From: an uncultured Pelagibacteraceae bacterium | GTDB taxonomy: Bacteria; Pseudomonadota; Alphaproteobacteria; Pelagibacterales; AG-422-B15 | NCBI GenBank assembly: GCA_902525595.1 | Contig: CABZHO010000001.1 | Span: forward strand, 69,977-133,976 | Reading direction: 5' to 3' | DNA: 64,000 nucleotides | Part shown: piece after piece, positions 1-12,068 of the stretch | Position numbering within the stretch: position 1 is the first letter of the stretch | Layout: each line of letters begins with the position of its first letter | Translations under genes and position numbers: made by a program | Notes under the pieces: generated by a model | Databases searched by the model: none | Seen by the model: the letters and a program-made list of their open reading frames with translations, nothing else | What the model was told of the DNA's origin: nothing

Positions 1-1
1 T

Positions 2-1159
2 GATCTTAGCAAAATTATGAAATCTAAAAGTGATAGTGTTGCATCTCTCACAAAGGGAGTGGATTTCTTGTTTAAGAAAAATAAAGTGAATAGAAAATTA
101 GGATTTGCAAAACTTATTGATAACGAACAAATTGAGATTTTAACTGGTGATACTTCTGAGATTATAAAATCATCAAAAATTATTATTGCTACAGGATCAG
201 AGGTTTTATCTCCAGAAGGAGTTATTATTGATGAAATAGATATTTTATCCTCAACAGGAGCGCTAAGCTTATCCTCTGTGCCAAAACATCTTATGGTAAT
301 TGGTGCTGGCTATATTGGCTTGGAAATGGGTTCTGTCTGGTCAAGATTGGGTTCAAAAGTTACAGTTATTGAATATGCAGATAGAATTCTTCCAGGCATG
401 GATCAGGAAATATCAAGTGCTTTTCAAAAAATACTCATTAAACAAGGATTTGATTTTAAACTCTCAACTGCTTTAAGAGATGTAAGTAAAGTTAATGGAT
501 CTTTATCTGTTTCAGTAGAGAACAACGGTCAAACACTTGATATTGATTGTGACAAGGTTCTTATATCTACAGGTCGTCGCCCCTATACCTTTGGTTTAAA
601 TTTAGATGAAATAGGTGTCAAACTTAATGACAAAGGTTTTATAGAGACGAATCAACACTTTAAAACATCCGTTCAAAACATATACGCAATAGGTGATTGC
701 AAAATTGGTCCAATGCTTGCACATAAAGCCTCGGAAGAAGGTACAGCAGTAGCAGAAATCATCGATGGTCAAGCTGGACACGTCAATTATAACGCTATTC
801 CATCTGTAATTTATACTGCTCCAGAAGTTGCATCAGTTGGAAAAACTGAGGAAGAACTAAAAGATGGTGGTGTTTCTTACAAAATTGGTAAATTTCCATT
901 CACAGCAAATGCAAAAGCAAAAGTTATGAATGATACAAGCGGATTTGTAAAAATATTATCCAATACAAATACAGATGAAGTATTAGGTGTTCATATTATT
1001 GGCGCTGATGCTGGCAACTTAATTGGTGAGTTAACCATAGCAATGGAGTTTGGTGCCTCAGCAGAAGATATAGCAAGGACTTGTCATGCTCATCCCACTC
1101 TTACAGAGTCAATAAAAGAAGCTGCGTTAAATGTCGATAACCAGGCTATACATATATAG
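2..1159 (+). CDS. lpdA: dihydrolipoyl dehydrogenase (E3), 5'-truncated by window edge
   Basis: The frame is open back to base 2. It covers the C-terminal two-thirds of a pyridine-nucleotide disulfide oxidoreductase: NAD fold GAGYIGLE, GDC..GPMLAHKA, and C-terminal HAHPTLTE dimerisation motif. Confidence 0.9.
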   Translation, partial: DLSKIMKSKSDSVASLTKGVDFLFKKNKVNRKLGFAKLIDNEQIEILTGDTSEIIKSSKIIIATGSEVLSPEGVIIDEIDILSSTGALSLSSVPKHLMVIGAGYIGLEMGSVWSRLGSKVTVIEYADRILPGMDQEISSAFQKILIKQGFDFKLSTALRDVSKVNGSLSVSVENNGQTLDIDCDKVLISTGRRPYTFGLNLDEIGVKLNDKGFIETNQHFKTSVQNIYAIGDCKIGPMLAHKASEEGTAVAEIIDGQAGHVNYNAIPSVIYTAPEVASVGKTEEELKDGGVSYKIGKFPFTANAKAKVMNDTSGFVKILSNTNTDEVLGVHIIGADAGNLIGELTIAMEFGASAEDIARTCHAHPTLTESIKEAALNVDNQAIHI

Positions 1160-1736
1160 CAATTTTTTTTGTTAGCATAATAGTTATCAAATAAAGCCAA
1201 ATGGCAATCATAACATGATAAAAATGCCAACTTAAAATGGGGTCAAAAACCTGGGCTTGCCGAATAATAAAATTAAAGAGAATTATTGAAAAAACAAAAA
1301 TGGATATGAATTTAAATATTTTTTTTTCTCTTGGAATTAAAAAAGAAAAAATTATTCCAATGATCAACCAAAGCAAAGTAATCACAATAATTAAATTTTT
1401 TGCTTGAAAAAATATATAAATACTACCAATGGCCAATACCAATACTGAGAACAAAATTATGTTTTCATTAACTAATTTACTTTTTTTTATGATTTCGATT
1501 ACTATCAGCGGCACACCTAAGAGAAGTGATAAAGTTGTAAATAATTGATGGATAGACTTTAATTCAGAATGCATAACCAATCCAAATCTTAATGTTGCTA
1601 AGAAGGCTGTCGCACCTATTATTAGAACACCAATCGTTGCATAATTAAGTTTGTGTCCTAAAAAAGTTTTTATTGAATATACACTGATTATTAAAATTAA
1701 AATTTCTGATAGAGCGAAATGAGCTGGGGGTGTCAT
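1146..1736 (-). CDS. polytopic inner-membrane protein, unknown function
   Basis: 196 aa, almost entirely hydrophobic helices. Its start overlaps the stop of the upstream hydroxylase gene at 1736. Confidence 0.6.
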   Translation of the reverse strand: MTPPAHFALSEILILIISVYSIKTFLGHKLNYATIGVLIIGATAFLATLRFGLVMHSELKSIHQLFTTLSLLLGVPLIVIEIIKKSKLVNENIILFSVLVLAIGSIYIFFQAKNLIIVITLLWLIIGIIFSFLIPREKKIFKFISIFVFSIILFNFIIRQAQVFDPILSWHFYHVMIAIWLYLITIMLTKKIAIYV

Positions 1737-2656
1737 TAATGACTTTTAATTGCTCGAGCGTAATCTTCTTTAATTTGTGTTGATGTTTTTCTAGTTCCGT
1801 CATGAGACCATCCGGGTGGACCAAATAAGTACATAACTCTATCTTTAAATGAAATCCCACGCATTGTTATATCTTTGAAAATATTTGCATATTCCTCAAA
1901 AAGTATCCTCAAAGGATTTAAAGATGTCATTGGTACCACAAGTCCGTAGTCACATGGTTCTTTCGGATCTTCGGGAATAAATGTACCAAACATCCTATCC
2001 CAAATCATTAGTGTTCCAGCGTAATTTGCATCCAAGTATTTTGGGTTTCTGGCATGATGAACTCTATGGTGTGACGGCGTATTAAAAAGGTACTCATACC
2101 AACGTGGCAGTTTGTATATAGTTTGAGTGTGGCATAAATATTGGTAGTAACCATTAATAAAAACACAAAATAAAATCATTAAAGGATCGAACCCGATAAT
2201 TACTAGAGGTATTTTTAACATGCGGGTTCCAGTAAAGTGCTTTGTAAATGGTTGACGTGCACCTACATCTATCCCCATTCTTTCTGAAGAGTGATGGGTT
2301 CGATGCAATCCCCAGCCCCATCGCCATCGGTGGCAAATCCTGTGATGTAAATAAAATGTCAAATCATCCAGTATAAAGCACAACACTAAAGCGCTTAATG
2401 TAAGTGGAAATGTGTAGATTTGAAATTCTTTAGCCCAGAAAAGAGCACCTATAGTAATAAAAGCAAAAATTCCATTTACAGGGTAACTAAAAATTCCCAT
2501 CGAAATATTTAATATCCACTCCTTAAAATCATTTTTTCCTTTTAGTTTAAAAAAATAAATTGCTAGTGTTTCAATAACAGCAATCCCAACAAGTATTGGT
2601 ACCAGTAACCAGAAAAGCTCTAAAGGAGAATATTGAAATAGGAAATCAACTGACAT
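1736..2656 (-). CDS. fatty acid hydroxylase / sterol desaturase family membrane di-iron oxygenase
   Basis: N-terminal TM helices plus histidine boxes HHRICH, HRTHH and HHRVHH, typical of the FA_hydroxylase superfamily. Confidence 0.8.
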   Translation of the reverse strand: MSVDFLFQYSPLELFWLLVPILVGIAVIETLAIYFFKLKGKNDFKEWILNISMGIFSYPVNGIFAFITIGALFWAKEFQIYTFPLTLSALVLCFILDDLTFYLHHRICHRWRWGWGLHRTHHSSERMGIDVGARQPFTKHFTGTRMLKIPLVIIGFDPLMILFCVFINGYYQYLCHTQTIYKLPRWYEYLFNTPSHHRVHHARNPKYLDANYAGTLMIWDRMFGTFIPEDPKEPCDYGLVVPMTSLNPLRILFEEYANIFKDITMRGISFKDRVMYLFGPPGWSHDGTRKTSTQIKEDYARAIKSH

Positions 2657-3041
2657 TTTTAAAACTTTCCAACATATTACCCATCATTTTATGTATTATA
2701 TTAACTCCCTGTAGTGGTCTAATAAATACTTTAAATTCAGTAATTAGTCCATCATCATTCCATGTAATTAGGTCGATGCCATTAATTTCAGTGTCTTCAA
2801 GGGTTAGCGTAAATTCAAGACTCGCGTGTTGATTACTTATTATTTCCTTATGATATTTAAAATTAGAAGCGTTAAATACCTCAGATGCTGCCATTAAATA
2901 TTTTAGAGTAATATCTTTCCCCCTTTGAGGTGTAAAAACAACTGGTGAGTAAAAAATGCAGTTGTCATCAACAATTTCAGTCAGCATATTATAATCACGG
3001 AGACTTACCACATCGTGCCATTTTGAAATAGGATTTTGCAT
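2646..3041 (-). CDS. NTF2/SnoaL-like small protein
   Basis: 131 aa whose size and pattern are consistent with an NTF2-like fold. It overlaps the hydroxylase start by 11 nt. Family assignment is tentative. Confidence 0.5.
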   Translation of the reverse strand: MQNPISKWHDVVSLRDYNMLTEIVDDNCIFYSPVVFTPQRGKDITLKYLMAASEVFNASNFKYHKEIISNQHASLEFTLTLEDTEINGIDLITWNDDGLITEFKVFIRPLQGVNIIHKMMGNMLESFKNVS

Positions 3042-3062
3042 ATAGATGAATATATAATTTAT

Positions 3063-3980
3063 TTATTTCTTAGCAAGAGGATGGGTCCTAGAATATGCCT
3101 CATATAATCGTTCTGTCTCAACTTTTGTATATTTTTGAGTTGTAGAAAGACTGCTATGACCTAGTAATTCTTGAATTGTCCTTAAATCGCCACCAGAATC
3201 TAATAAATGAGTTGCGAAACTATGCCTCAGCGCATGAGGAGTTGCTGTTTCAGGAAGTGATAAATTCAGCCTGATCTTTTCAAGAGTATATTGTACAATC
3301 CTAGGACTTAATCGATCCATTCTTTTTCCAACAAATAGTGGATCATCATTTGTAAAATTTTTAGGACAATCATTAATATATTTATAAATTTCAGATTTTA
3401 TATTATCCATTAAAGGTACCATTCTTTCCTTGCCACCCTTACCTTTAATCAATAAATAATCTTCTGTATTTATATCCTTAAAATTTAGGTTAAGTGCTTC
3501 AGAAATTCTTAAACCACATCCATACAAGAGCATTAGAATAGATTTATTTCTTAGGCCAACCCATTTTTCATTTTCAATCTCTTCAGCATACTTAATGGCT
3601 TCTATCGCCAACTCTGCTGATATTGGTCGAGGTATTGATTTTTTTTGCCTGGGCGATTTCAGTGATTGAATTGCTGAATTTTCAATAATCTCAGATTGAA
3701 TTAAATAATTAAAAAAAGATTTTAAAGATGAAATTACTCTTGCTATCGATACATTGCTAAGGTTTTGATTACGTAAATTTGTTAAAAAACTTCTAAAATC
3801 AGAAATTGTTAATTTATTTAAATCATTAATAGTCAGTTCTTTATCATTATGAATAAATATAAATTCAACAAACTTAGTAACATCATGCTTATAACTTATA
3901 AGTGTATTCTGACTCAGATCCCGAACTTTTTGTAGATGCTCAATCCAATTATTAAAATGCTCTTCAAGACTTTTATTCAC
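3063..3980 (-). CDS. tyrosine site-specific recombinase, XerC/XerD type
   Basis: Motifs GLRISEAL, HALRHSFATHLL and LGHSSLSTTQKYT, with the catalytic Tyr near the C-terminus. 305 aa. Confidence 0.85.
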   Translation of the reverse strand: MNKSLEEHFNNWIEHLQKVRDLSQNTLISYKHDVTKFVEFIFIHNDKELTINDLNKLTISDFRSFLTNLRNQNLSNVSIARVISSLKSFFNYLIQSEIIENSAIQSLKSPRQKKSIPRPISAELAIEAIKYAEEIENEKWVGLRNKSILMLLYGCGLRISEALNLNFKDINTEDYLLIKGKGGKERMVPLMDNIKSEIYKYINDCPKNFTNDDPLFVGKRMDRLSPRIVQYTLEKIRLNLSLPETATPHALRHSFATHLLDSGGDLRTIQELLGHSSLSTTQKYTKVETERLYEAYSRTHPLAKK

Positions 3981-3985
3981 AAATT

Positions 3986-4642
3986 TTAAACAATTTTTTG
4001 TTTAGTTTTCTTCCAATCTTTTAGAAAAGCATCAAGTCCCTTGTCGGTAAGAGGATGCTTCGAAAGCTCTTTTAAAGTTGCTGGAGGTAGCGTGACAACA
4101 TCTGCTCCAATTATAGCTGACTGTATTACATGTTCAGTAGTACGAACTGAAGCAACGAGTATTTTTGTTTTTAGATTTGAGTAGTTCATGTAAATCGATT
4201 TTATATCCTGTATTAAACTCATTCCATTTTCTCCAATATCGTCTAATCGACCCACAAAAGGAGATATATATGTTGCACCACATTTAGCTGCTAAGAGTGC
4301 TTGAGCAGCAGAAAAACAAAGAGTTACGTTTGTTTTTATTTTTTTCTTAGAGAGAAACTTACAAGTTTTTAAGCCTTCTTCAGTTAAAGGCAATTTAATA
4401 ACTATATTTTTTGAAATTTGTGAGAGCTTTTTTGCTTCTTGTACCATACCTTTTGTATCTAAAGCTGTGACCTCGGCACTAATAGGACCTTTAATTATTT
4501 TTGAGATTTCTTTCAGAGTCTTAAGGAAGTCTTTTCCTGATCTTGCAATCAAAGAGGGATTGGTAGTTATGCCATCGACTAAACCAGTCTCGCTTAATTT
4601 CTTAATAACTTTAACTTCTGCAGTATCGAGAAAGAATTCCAT
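3986..4642 (-). CDS. tal: short-type transaldolase / fructose-6-phosphate aldolase
   Basis: 218 aa with MEFFLDTA....GITTNPSL N-terminus and the catalytic-Lys region NIVIKLP. Confidence 0.9.
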   Translation of the reverse strand: MEFFLDTAEVKVIKKLSETGLVDGITTNPSLIARSGKDFLKTLKEISKIIKGPISAEVTALDTKGMVQEAKKLSQISKNIVIKLPLTEEGLKTCKFLSKKKIKTNVTLCFSAAQALLAAKCGATYISPFVGRLDDIGENGMSLIQDIKSIYMNYSNLKTKILVASVRTTEHVIQSAIIGADVVTLPPATLKELSKHPLTDKGLDAFLKDWKKTKQKIV

Positions 4643-4699
4643 AACAAATCAATTTTTGACTGATATATTTATAACACAGATAAAGATTCATACAAATCT

Positions 4700-6691
4700 A
4701 TGAAAAAAAATGTTTTTTACGTAAATGTCCTTCTAGCACATCATATTGCTGATGATCTTACTTATAAGATTATTAGTGATCAAAAACCAGGAGTGGGAAC
4801 GATAGTAAAAGCACCTTTAAGAAGTAAAGATAAAATTGGAATTGTAACCAAAATTTTAGATAATAATCCCTCAAATAATCTAAAGATCAAGAATATAATT
4901 GATATCTCCAGTGATCATAAACTAAATAAAAAAATGATTAAATTTCTGAATTGGGTTAGTGACTATAACTTGATTCAACGGGGTTTAGTTTTAAAAATGA
5001 TCCTTTCTCATAGAAAGTTTTATTTCAATAAAATTGCAGACAAAAAGTTGAATGAAGATACTTTGCCAATTAAAAATGTAACTTTAAGTGAGAACCAAAA
5101 AAAAATCAGTAATGAAATATTTCAATTATTGAGTAAAAAAATTTACATACCTATTTTGCTTGATGGAGTTCCTGGCGCAGGTAAAACAGAAATATATTTT
5201 GATGTACTAAAAAAAATTTTAATTAATGGAAGTCAGGCCCTTATTATGTTTCCTGAAGTTTCTTTAACAAGTGATTTTGTTAAAAGAATTGAAGAGAGAT
5301 TTGGAGAAAAACCTGATGTGTGGCATTCCAAAATAAACGAAACTAAAAAAAGTAAGACATTGAGAAGAATTCTTAGTGGTGAGGCTAAAATAATTATTGG
5401 GGCTCGATCATCACTTTTTCTTCCATTCAAAAATCTATCTATCATCATCGTAGATGAAGAGCATGACACGTCATATAAACAAGAAGAAAATGGTATTTAT
5501 CATGCAAGAGATATGTCAGTTGTGAGAGCTTCAATCGAAAATGTTCCAATTCTACTAACAAGTGCCACGCCGTCACTAGAGACTATATTTAATGTCATGT
5601 CCAAAAAATATAACAAAGTGTCTATTGAGGATAAATTTTTCAATAAGCAACATAATGAAGTGTTTATTGTAAATATGAAAAAAGAGAAGTTACAAAAAAA
5701 TCATTGGGTATCAAATAAACTTAAACAATGCATTGAAGAAGCGTCTAGTAAGAATAAGCAAGCCCTCTTGTATATAAACAAGAGAGGATATGCTCCAGTC
5801 GTAATTTGTAAATCATGCGGTTACAAAATTTCTTGCACAAATTGTACAAGTTATTTAGTGGAGCATTTACAGAAAAAAAAATTGTTATGTCATCACTGTG
5901 GACACAGTATAAGAGTTAATAATATTACTTGTCCCTCTTGTAAGAATCACAATCAAGAATTTATTGATTACGGTGCTGGTATAGAAAAAATTTTTACTGA
6001 AGTCTCAAAATTTTTTCCCTTAGCAAAATTATGCTTGTTTTCAAGCGATCATATAAAATCAAACAAAGATCTAGAAGATAAAGTAAGAGATATTAAAAAC
6101 AATAAGTATGATATTATAATAGGTACACAATTAATTTCTAAGGGTTATCATTTTCCTAATCTTTCCTGTGTTGGTATTATTGACGCAGACATGACATTAA
6201 AGGGTGGAGACTTAAGGGCATCTGAGAAAACATATCAAGCACTGTATCAAGTTGCTGGAAGAGCTGGCAGGGAAAATGAAAAGGGAACTGTTGTAATACA
6301 ATCATACTATCCTGAAAATGAAACCATCCAATCACTTGGTGATCTAAATAGAAATCAGTTTTATGAAAATGAGATAAATTATAGGGTATCAAATTTTTTA
6401 CCGCCCTCAGGTAGAATGGCTGCAATTATAGTAAGTGGTAACAACTTAGAAAAAGTTAGACATCAGTGCAATTACTTGTATCGCGCAATTCCAAAAATAT
6501 CGAGTTTAGAAATATATGGCCCTGCTCCAGCAGCACTTTCAAAATTAAAAGGGAGGCACAGACAACGTTTCTTAGTTCATGATAAAAAAGCCAGAAATAT
6601 GCAAAAAATTGTTAATGTTTGGCTTTCTCAATCAAAGACAATTCCGAGCGTAAATATATCTGTAGATATTGATCCCTATAGTTTTGTGTAA
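4700..6691 (+). CDS. priA: primosomal protein N' (replication restart helicase)
   Basis: Walker A GVPGAGKTE, DEEH box and a Cys-rich zinc-binding insert CKSCG..CTNC..CHHCG..CPSC. Confidence 0.92.
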   Translation: MKKNVFYVNVLLAHHIADDLTYKIISDQKPGVGTIVKAPLRSKDKIGIVTKILDNNPSNNLKIKNIIDISSDHKLNKKMIKFLNWVSDYNLIQRGLVLKMILSHRKFYFNKIADKKLNEDTLPIKNVTLSENQKKISNEIFQLLSKKIYIPILLDGVPGAGKTEIYFDVLKKILINGSQALIMFPEVSLTSDFVKRIEERFGEKPDVWHSKINETKKSKTLRRILSGEAKIIIGARSSLFLPFKNLSIIIVDEEHDTSYKQEENGIYHARDMSVVRASIENVPILLTSATPSLETIFNVMSKKYNKVSIEDKFFNKQHNEVFIVNMKKEKLQKNHWVSNKLKQCIEEASSKNKQALLYINKRGYAPVVICKSCGYKISCTNCTSYLVEHLQKKKLLCHHCGHSIRVNNITCPSCKNHNQEFIDYGAGIEKIFTEVSKFFPLAKLCLFSSDHIKSNKDLEDKVRDIKNNKYDIIIGTQLISKGYHFPNLSCVGIIDADMTLKGGDLRASEKTYQALYQVAGRAGRENEKGTVVIQSYYPENETIQSLGDLNRNQFYENEINYRVSNFLPPSGRMAAIIVSGNNLEKVRHQCNYLYRAIPKISSLEIYGPAPAALSKLKGRHRQRFLVHDKKARNMQKIVNVWLSQSKTIPSVNISVDIDPYSFV

Positions 6692-6778
6692 ATAATACAA
6701 ATGCGGCATTCCAATACTTGAAAAATATCACAGTTAATGGTACGGAAAGTATGAATTTTTAAGGAAATCTTCCAAATA

Positions 6779-7339
6779 ATGACCAATACTACTAAGAGAC
6801 GAGTTGCTTCTGTTGAAAGATACGCGAATGCACTATTTCAGCTCGCAAAAGAAGCAAAGGTTCTTGAGACAGTTTCCAGTGAATTAACTAAGCTAAGAAA
6901 TTTAATGGAACAAGATATTAATATGATTTCAGTAGTACAAAATCCATCTATTAGTAAAAATAGAAAAATAAATTTTTTTAATTTACTTTCTGAAAAAATA
7001 GAAATGTCTAAGCTTACAAATAATTTTATTGGTGTGATTGTTAAAAAAAATAGGGTCAAATATTTACTTGAAATAATTAATTCATTTGATGATTTACTTT
7101 CAAACTTAAAAGGAGAAAAAAATGCTACAATTACTTCTGCAAAAAATTTAAGTGAGAAAGAAATCAATGATATCAAAAGTCAGTTAAAAGATAAGTTTAA
7201 TTCTGATTTCAATATTAAAATTATTGTTGATAAATCACTTATTGGTGGACTAAAAATCCAGGTTGGAAGCCAAATGATTGACAGCAGTATAAAAAATCAA
7301 CTCCAACTACTAAAAGAAAAAATGAAAGAGGTCGCTTAA
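6779..7339 (+). CDS. atpH: F1 ATP synthase subunit delta (OSCP)
   Basis: 186 aa, first gene of the atpHAGDC order. RYANALF N-terminus and GG(L)KIQVGSQMIDSS C-terminal motif. Confidence 0.9.
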   Translation: MTNTTKRRVASVERYANALFQLAKEAKVLETVSSELTKLRNLMEQDINMISVVQNPSISKNRKINFFNLLSEKIEMSKLTNNFIGVIVKKNRVKYLLEIINSFDDLLSNLKGEKNATITSAKNLSEKEINDIKSQLKDKFNSDFNIKIIVDKSLIGGLKIQVGSQMIDSSIKNQLQLLKEKMKEVA

Positions 7340-8866
7340 ATGGACATACAACCATCAGAAATATCAAAAATTCTCAAAGAAGAAATTAAAAATTTTGGAT
7401 CAGATTCAGAAATCACCGAAGTTGGTCAAGTTTTATCGATTGGTGATGGAATTGCCAGAATTTATGGTTTGGACAATGTTCAAGCGGGCGAAATGGTTAT
7501 GTTTGATGATGGAACAAAAGGTATGGCTTTAAATTTAGAAGATGACAACGTTGGCGTTGTTCTATTTGGAAGTGATGCCAATATTAAAGAGGGTGATACC
7601 GTTAAAAGAACTAATGCAATTGTTGATGTCCCAGTTGGAAAAGAGTTACTCGGAAGAGTTGTGGACGCTCTTGGTAATCCTATAGACGGTAAAGGTAATA
7701 TCGAGTCAAAAGATAGAAGTCGAATTGAGGTAAAGGCTCCAGGAATTATTCCAAGAAAATCAGTTTCAGAACCTATGCAGACTGGCTTAAAAGCAATTGA
7801 TAGTTTAATACCTGTAGGTCGTGGACAAAGGGAATTGATTATTGGTGATAGACAAACAGGAAAAACTGCAATCGCAATTGATACAATTATCAATCAGAAA
7901 ACAATTAATGAGTCAGACGACGAGTCCAAAAAACTTTACTGTGTATACGTTGGCATAGGGCAAAAAAGGTCCTCAATTGCACAGACAGTGAAAGCTTTGG
8001 AAGATGCTGGTGCAATGGCATATACCACAGTAGTAGCAGCAACTGCCAGTGATGCAGCTCCACTGCAGTTTCTTGCTCCTTACACGGGTTGCTCTATGGG
8101 AGAATATTTCAGAGACAATGGAATGCATGCACTAATTATTTACGATGACTTATCTAAACAAGCCGTTGCTTATAGACAGATGTCTTTACTCCTGAGGAGA
8201 CCTCCAGGTCGTGAAGCATTTCCTGGAGATGTTTTCTATTTACATAGTAGACTATTAGAAAGAGCCGCAAAACTTAATGACGAAAATGGAGGAGGCTCGT
8301 TAACAGCACTTCCTGTTATTGAAACTCAGGCAAATGATGTGAGTGCGTTTATCCCAACAAATGTTATTTCTATTACAGATGGACAGATTTTTCTAGAAAC
8401 TGAACTTTTCAACCAAGGCATTCGACCAGCAGTTAATGTAGGTCTAAGTGTGTCACGAGTTGGATCTGCTGCCCAAACAAAAGCGATGAAAAAAGTAGCG
8501 GGTTCAATAAAACTAGAACTTGCTCAATATCGTGAAATGGCTGCATTCGCTCAATTTGGATCAGATCTAGACGCATCAACTCAGAAACTTCTAAATAGAG
8601 GTTCAAAATTGACTGAGCTTCTTAAGCAAAATCAATATTCACCGATGACAATTGCTGAGCAGGTTGTTTCAATTTTTACTGGTGTAAATGGGTATCTTGA
8701 TGATTTAGAATTAAATCAAATTAGTGACTTTGAAAAAGATTTATTCGAACTAATCAAATCGTCTCATTCAGAAATTATACAGTCAGTAAATTCTTCAGGT
8801 GATTTAGATGAAGAAACAGGAAAAAAACTGAGCTCAATAATTGAGGAATTTAAAAAAAATAGATAA
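7340..8866 (+). CDS. atpA: F1 ATP synthase subunit alpha
   Basis: Walker A GDRQTGKT and a highly conserved alpha-subunit sequence throughout. Confidence 0.98.
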   Translation: MDIQPSEISKILKEEIKNFGSDSEITEVGQVLSIGDGIARIYGLDNVQAGEMVMFDDGTKGMALNLEDDNVGVVLFGSDANIKEGDTVKRTNAIVDVPVGKELLGRVVDALGNPIDGKGNIESKDRSRIEVKAPGIIPRKSVSEPMQTGLKAIDSLIPVGRGQRELIIGDRQTGKTAIAIDTIINQKTINESDDESKKLYCVYVGIGQKRSSIAQTVKALEDAGAMAYTTVVAATASDAAPLQFLAPYTGCSMGEYFRDNGMHALIIYDDLSKQAVAYRQMSLLLRRPPGREAFPGDVFYLHSRLLERAAKLNDENGGGSLTALPVIETQANDVSAFIPTNVISITDGQIFLETELFNQGIRPAVNVGLSVSRVGSAAQTKAMKKVAGSIKLELAQYREMAAFAQFGSDLDASTQKLLNRGSKLTELLKQNQYSPMTIAEQVVSIFTGVNGYLDDLELNQISDFEKDLFELIKSSHSEIIQSVNSSGDLDEETGKKLSSIIEEFKKNR

Positions 8867-9751
8867 ATGCCAAGCTTAGACGATTTAAAAAAAAGAATTG
8901 GTAGCGTCAAGTCTACTCAAAAAATTACAAAAGCAATGAAAATGGTTGCTGCAGCTAAATTACGTCGAGCTCAAGAGTCTGCTGAAGCAAGCAGACCTTA
9001 TTCAGAAAGTATGGAAGACTTGATTACTTCCATATCTTCTGGTTATGCCCCTTTATCAAAGGAAAGAAATCTTCTTACTGGCGATGAAAAAGACTCAACT
9101 TATTTGTTGATGTTGTTCACATCTGAAAGAGGTTTGTGTGGAGGTTTTAATTCTATTGTTACAAAATCAGTGAGAGAAAAGATTGCAAGTCTCGAAGATG
9201 CTGGCAAAGTAGTTAAAATTATTTGCGTTGGTAAAAAAGGTTTTGATATTCTAAAGAGGCAACATTCTGAAAAAGTAATCGAGACGATTGATATGAGAGC
9301 AATTAAGTCTGTAACCTTTCAAGATGCAAAAAATATATCAGACAAGATTATCAAGATGTTTTTTGATAGTGAATTTGATAAATGCCTAATTTTTTATAAT
9401 AAATTTAAGTCTGTGATATCTCAAATTCCAACAGAACAACAAATAGTTCCTATCGAAATTATTAATGAGGGTAATGACACTGACGGAAACGATAATGCAT
9501 TTTTTGAATTTGAGCCTAGTGAAAGCGAGATTCTTAATGAGCTTTTGCCACTCAACTTCGCAATTCAAATATTCAAGGCATTACTTGAAAGTGCCGCAAG
9601 TGAGCAAGGAGCTAGAATGAGCGCTATGGACAATGCGTCAAGAAACGCATCTGACATGATAAACAATTTAACACTATTTTATAATCGATCAAGACAGGCA
9701 GTGATTACCAAGGAACTCATAGAGATTATTTCAGGAGCAGAAGCAGTTTAA
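8867..9751 (+). CDS. atpG: F1 ATP synthase subunit gamma
   Basis: N-terminal KKRI.SVKSTQKITKAMKMVAAAKLRRAQ and C-terminal ITKELIEIISGAEA. Confidence 0.97.
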   Translation: MPSLDDLKKRIGSVKSTQKITKAMKMVAAAKLRRAQESAEASRPYSESMEDLITSISSGYAPLSKERNLLTGDEKDSTYLLMLFTSERGLCGGFNSIVTKSVREKIASLEDAGKVVKIICVGKKGFDILKRQHSEKVIETIDMRAIKSVTFQDAKNISDKIIKMFFDSEFDKCLIFYNKFKSVISQIPTEQQIVPIEIINEGNDTDGNDNAFFEFEPSESEILNELLPLNFAIQIFKALLESAASEQGARMSAMDNASRNASDMINNLTLFYNRSRQAVITKELIEIISGAEAV

Positions 9752-9762
9752 TAAAGGAGTAA

Positions 9763-11193
<1,431 letters not shown>

Positions 11194-11196
11194 CAA

Positions 11197-11583
11197 ATGT
11201 CAGAACAATTTAGTTTTAAACTAGTTACACCAGAGAAAACCTTCATGGAAGGGAATGCCTCAATGATTGTATTGCCTGGTATTGAGGGTGATATGGGTAT
11301 CCTTGCTGATCATTCAAACATAATAACTTCAATGAGACCAGGCCTTATAAAAGTTATCGGAACAAATGAAGAGAAATTATTTTTTGTGGAAGAAGGATTT
11401 ATTAAGTTTTCTAACAATGAATTACTTGTTGTCGCTGTTGGACTTGATGAAAATGAAAAAATAAATAACGATTTTATAAATGCAAAAATTAGTTCTTTAG
11501 AGACCGATCTTGAAGCTGAAAGTGAAAATTTAAAGAGCAAAATTCAAAATAAAATTGATAGCTTAAAACTTCTTTTAAATTAA
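11197..11583 (+). CDS. atpC: F1 ATP synthase subunit epsilon
   Basis: 128 aa, last gene of the atp operon, with an epsilon-like beta-sandwich N-terminus. Confidence 0.9.
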   Translation: MSEQFSFKLVTPEKTFMEGNASMIVLPGIEGDMGILADHSNIITSMRPGLIKVIGTNEEKLFFVEEGFIKFSNNELLVVAVGLDENEKINNDFINAKISSLETDLEAESENLKSKIQNKIDSLKLLLN

Positions 11584-12062
11584 AAATAACTTCTAGTTTC
11601 TTCAAATACTCCCTTGTATAGCTTTTTTTTGAAATTCACTATTTTGTTCATTATTTGAACCTCGGTTGACCATTCCCACTTCTTAAATTCTGGCTTTTTT
11701 GTTTTAATATTTATCTCATTATCTTTTCCTGTAAATTTAATTACAAACCACTTTTGTTTTTGGCCAATAAATCGGCCTTTCCAAAGTTTTTCATTTAGAT
11801 ATTTAGGCAAATTATAATAATGCCACATATTACTTTCATAAATAATTTCATAGTTTTTTAATATACCTGTTTCTTCCTTCATTTCCCTAATAACGGCATT
11901 AACTGAGCTTTCACCTTTATCAATACCTCCCTGAGGCATCTGCCAAGCTGATTTATCTTTGTCAAATCTTTGGCCTATAAATATTTTATTTTTGGTATTA
12001 ATGATAACCATCCCCACACCTCTCCGATATCTCTTTTTTTTATTAGAGATATTTGGCTCCAT
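11580..12062 (-). CDS. rppH: RNA pyrophosphohydrolase (NUDIX)
   Basis: Nudix box GGIDKGESSVNAVIREMKEETG. 160 aa, in the position typical of alphaproteobacterial rppH. Confidence 0.85.
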   Translation of the reverse strand: MEPNISNKKKRYRRGVGMVIINTKNKIFIGQRFDKDKSAWQMPQGGIDKGESSVNAVIREMKEETGILKNYEIIYESNMWHYYNLPKYLNEKLWKGRFIGQKQKWFVIKFTGKDNEINIKTKKPEFKKWEWSTEVQIMNKIVNFKKKLYKGVFEETRSYF

Positions 12063-12068
12063 TATTTA

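Noticed and set aside
3063-3980. Tyrosine recombinase as a marker of a mobile element.
   Set aside because: Its full Xer-type motifs, size and housekeeping neighbours (tal, priA) fit chromosome-dimer resolution. There are no flanking repeats or phage genes.
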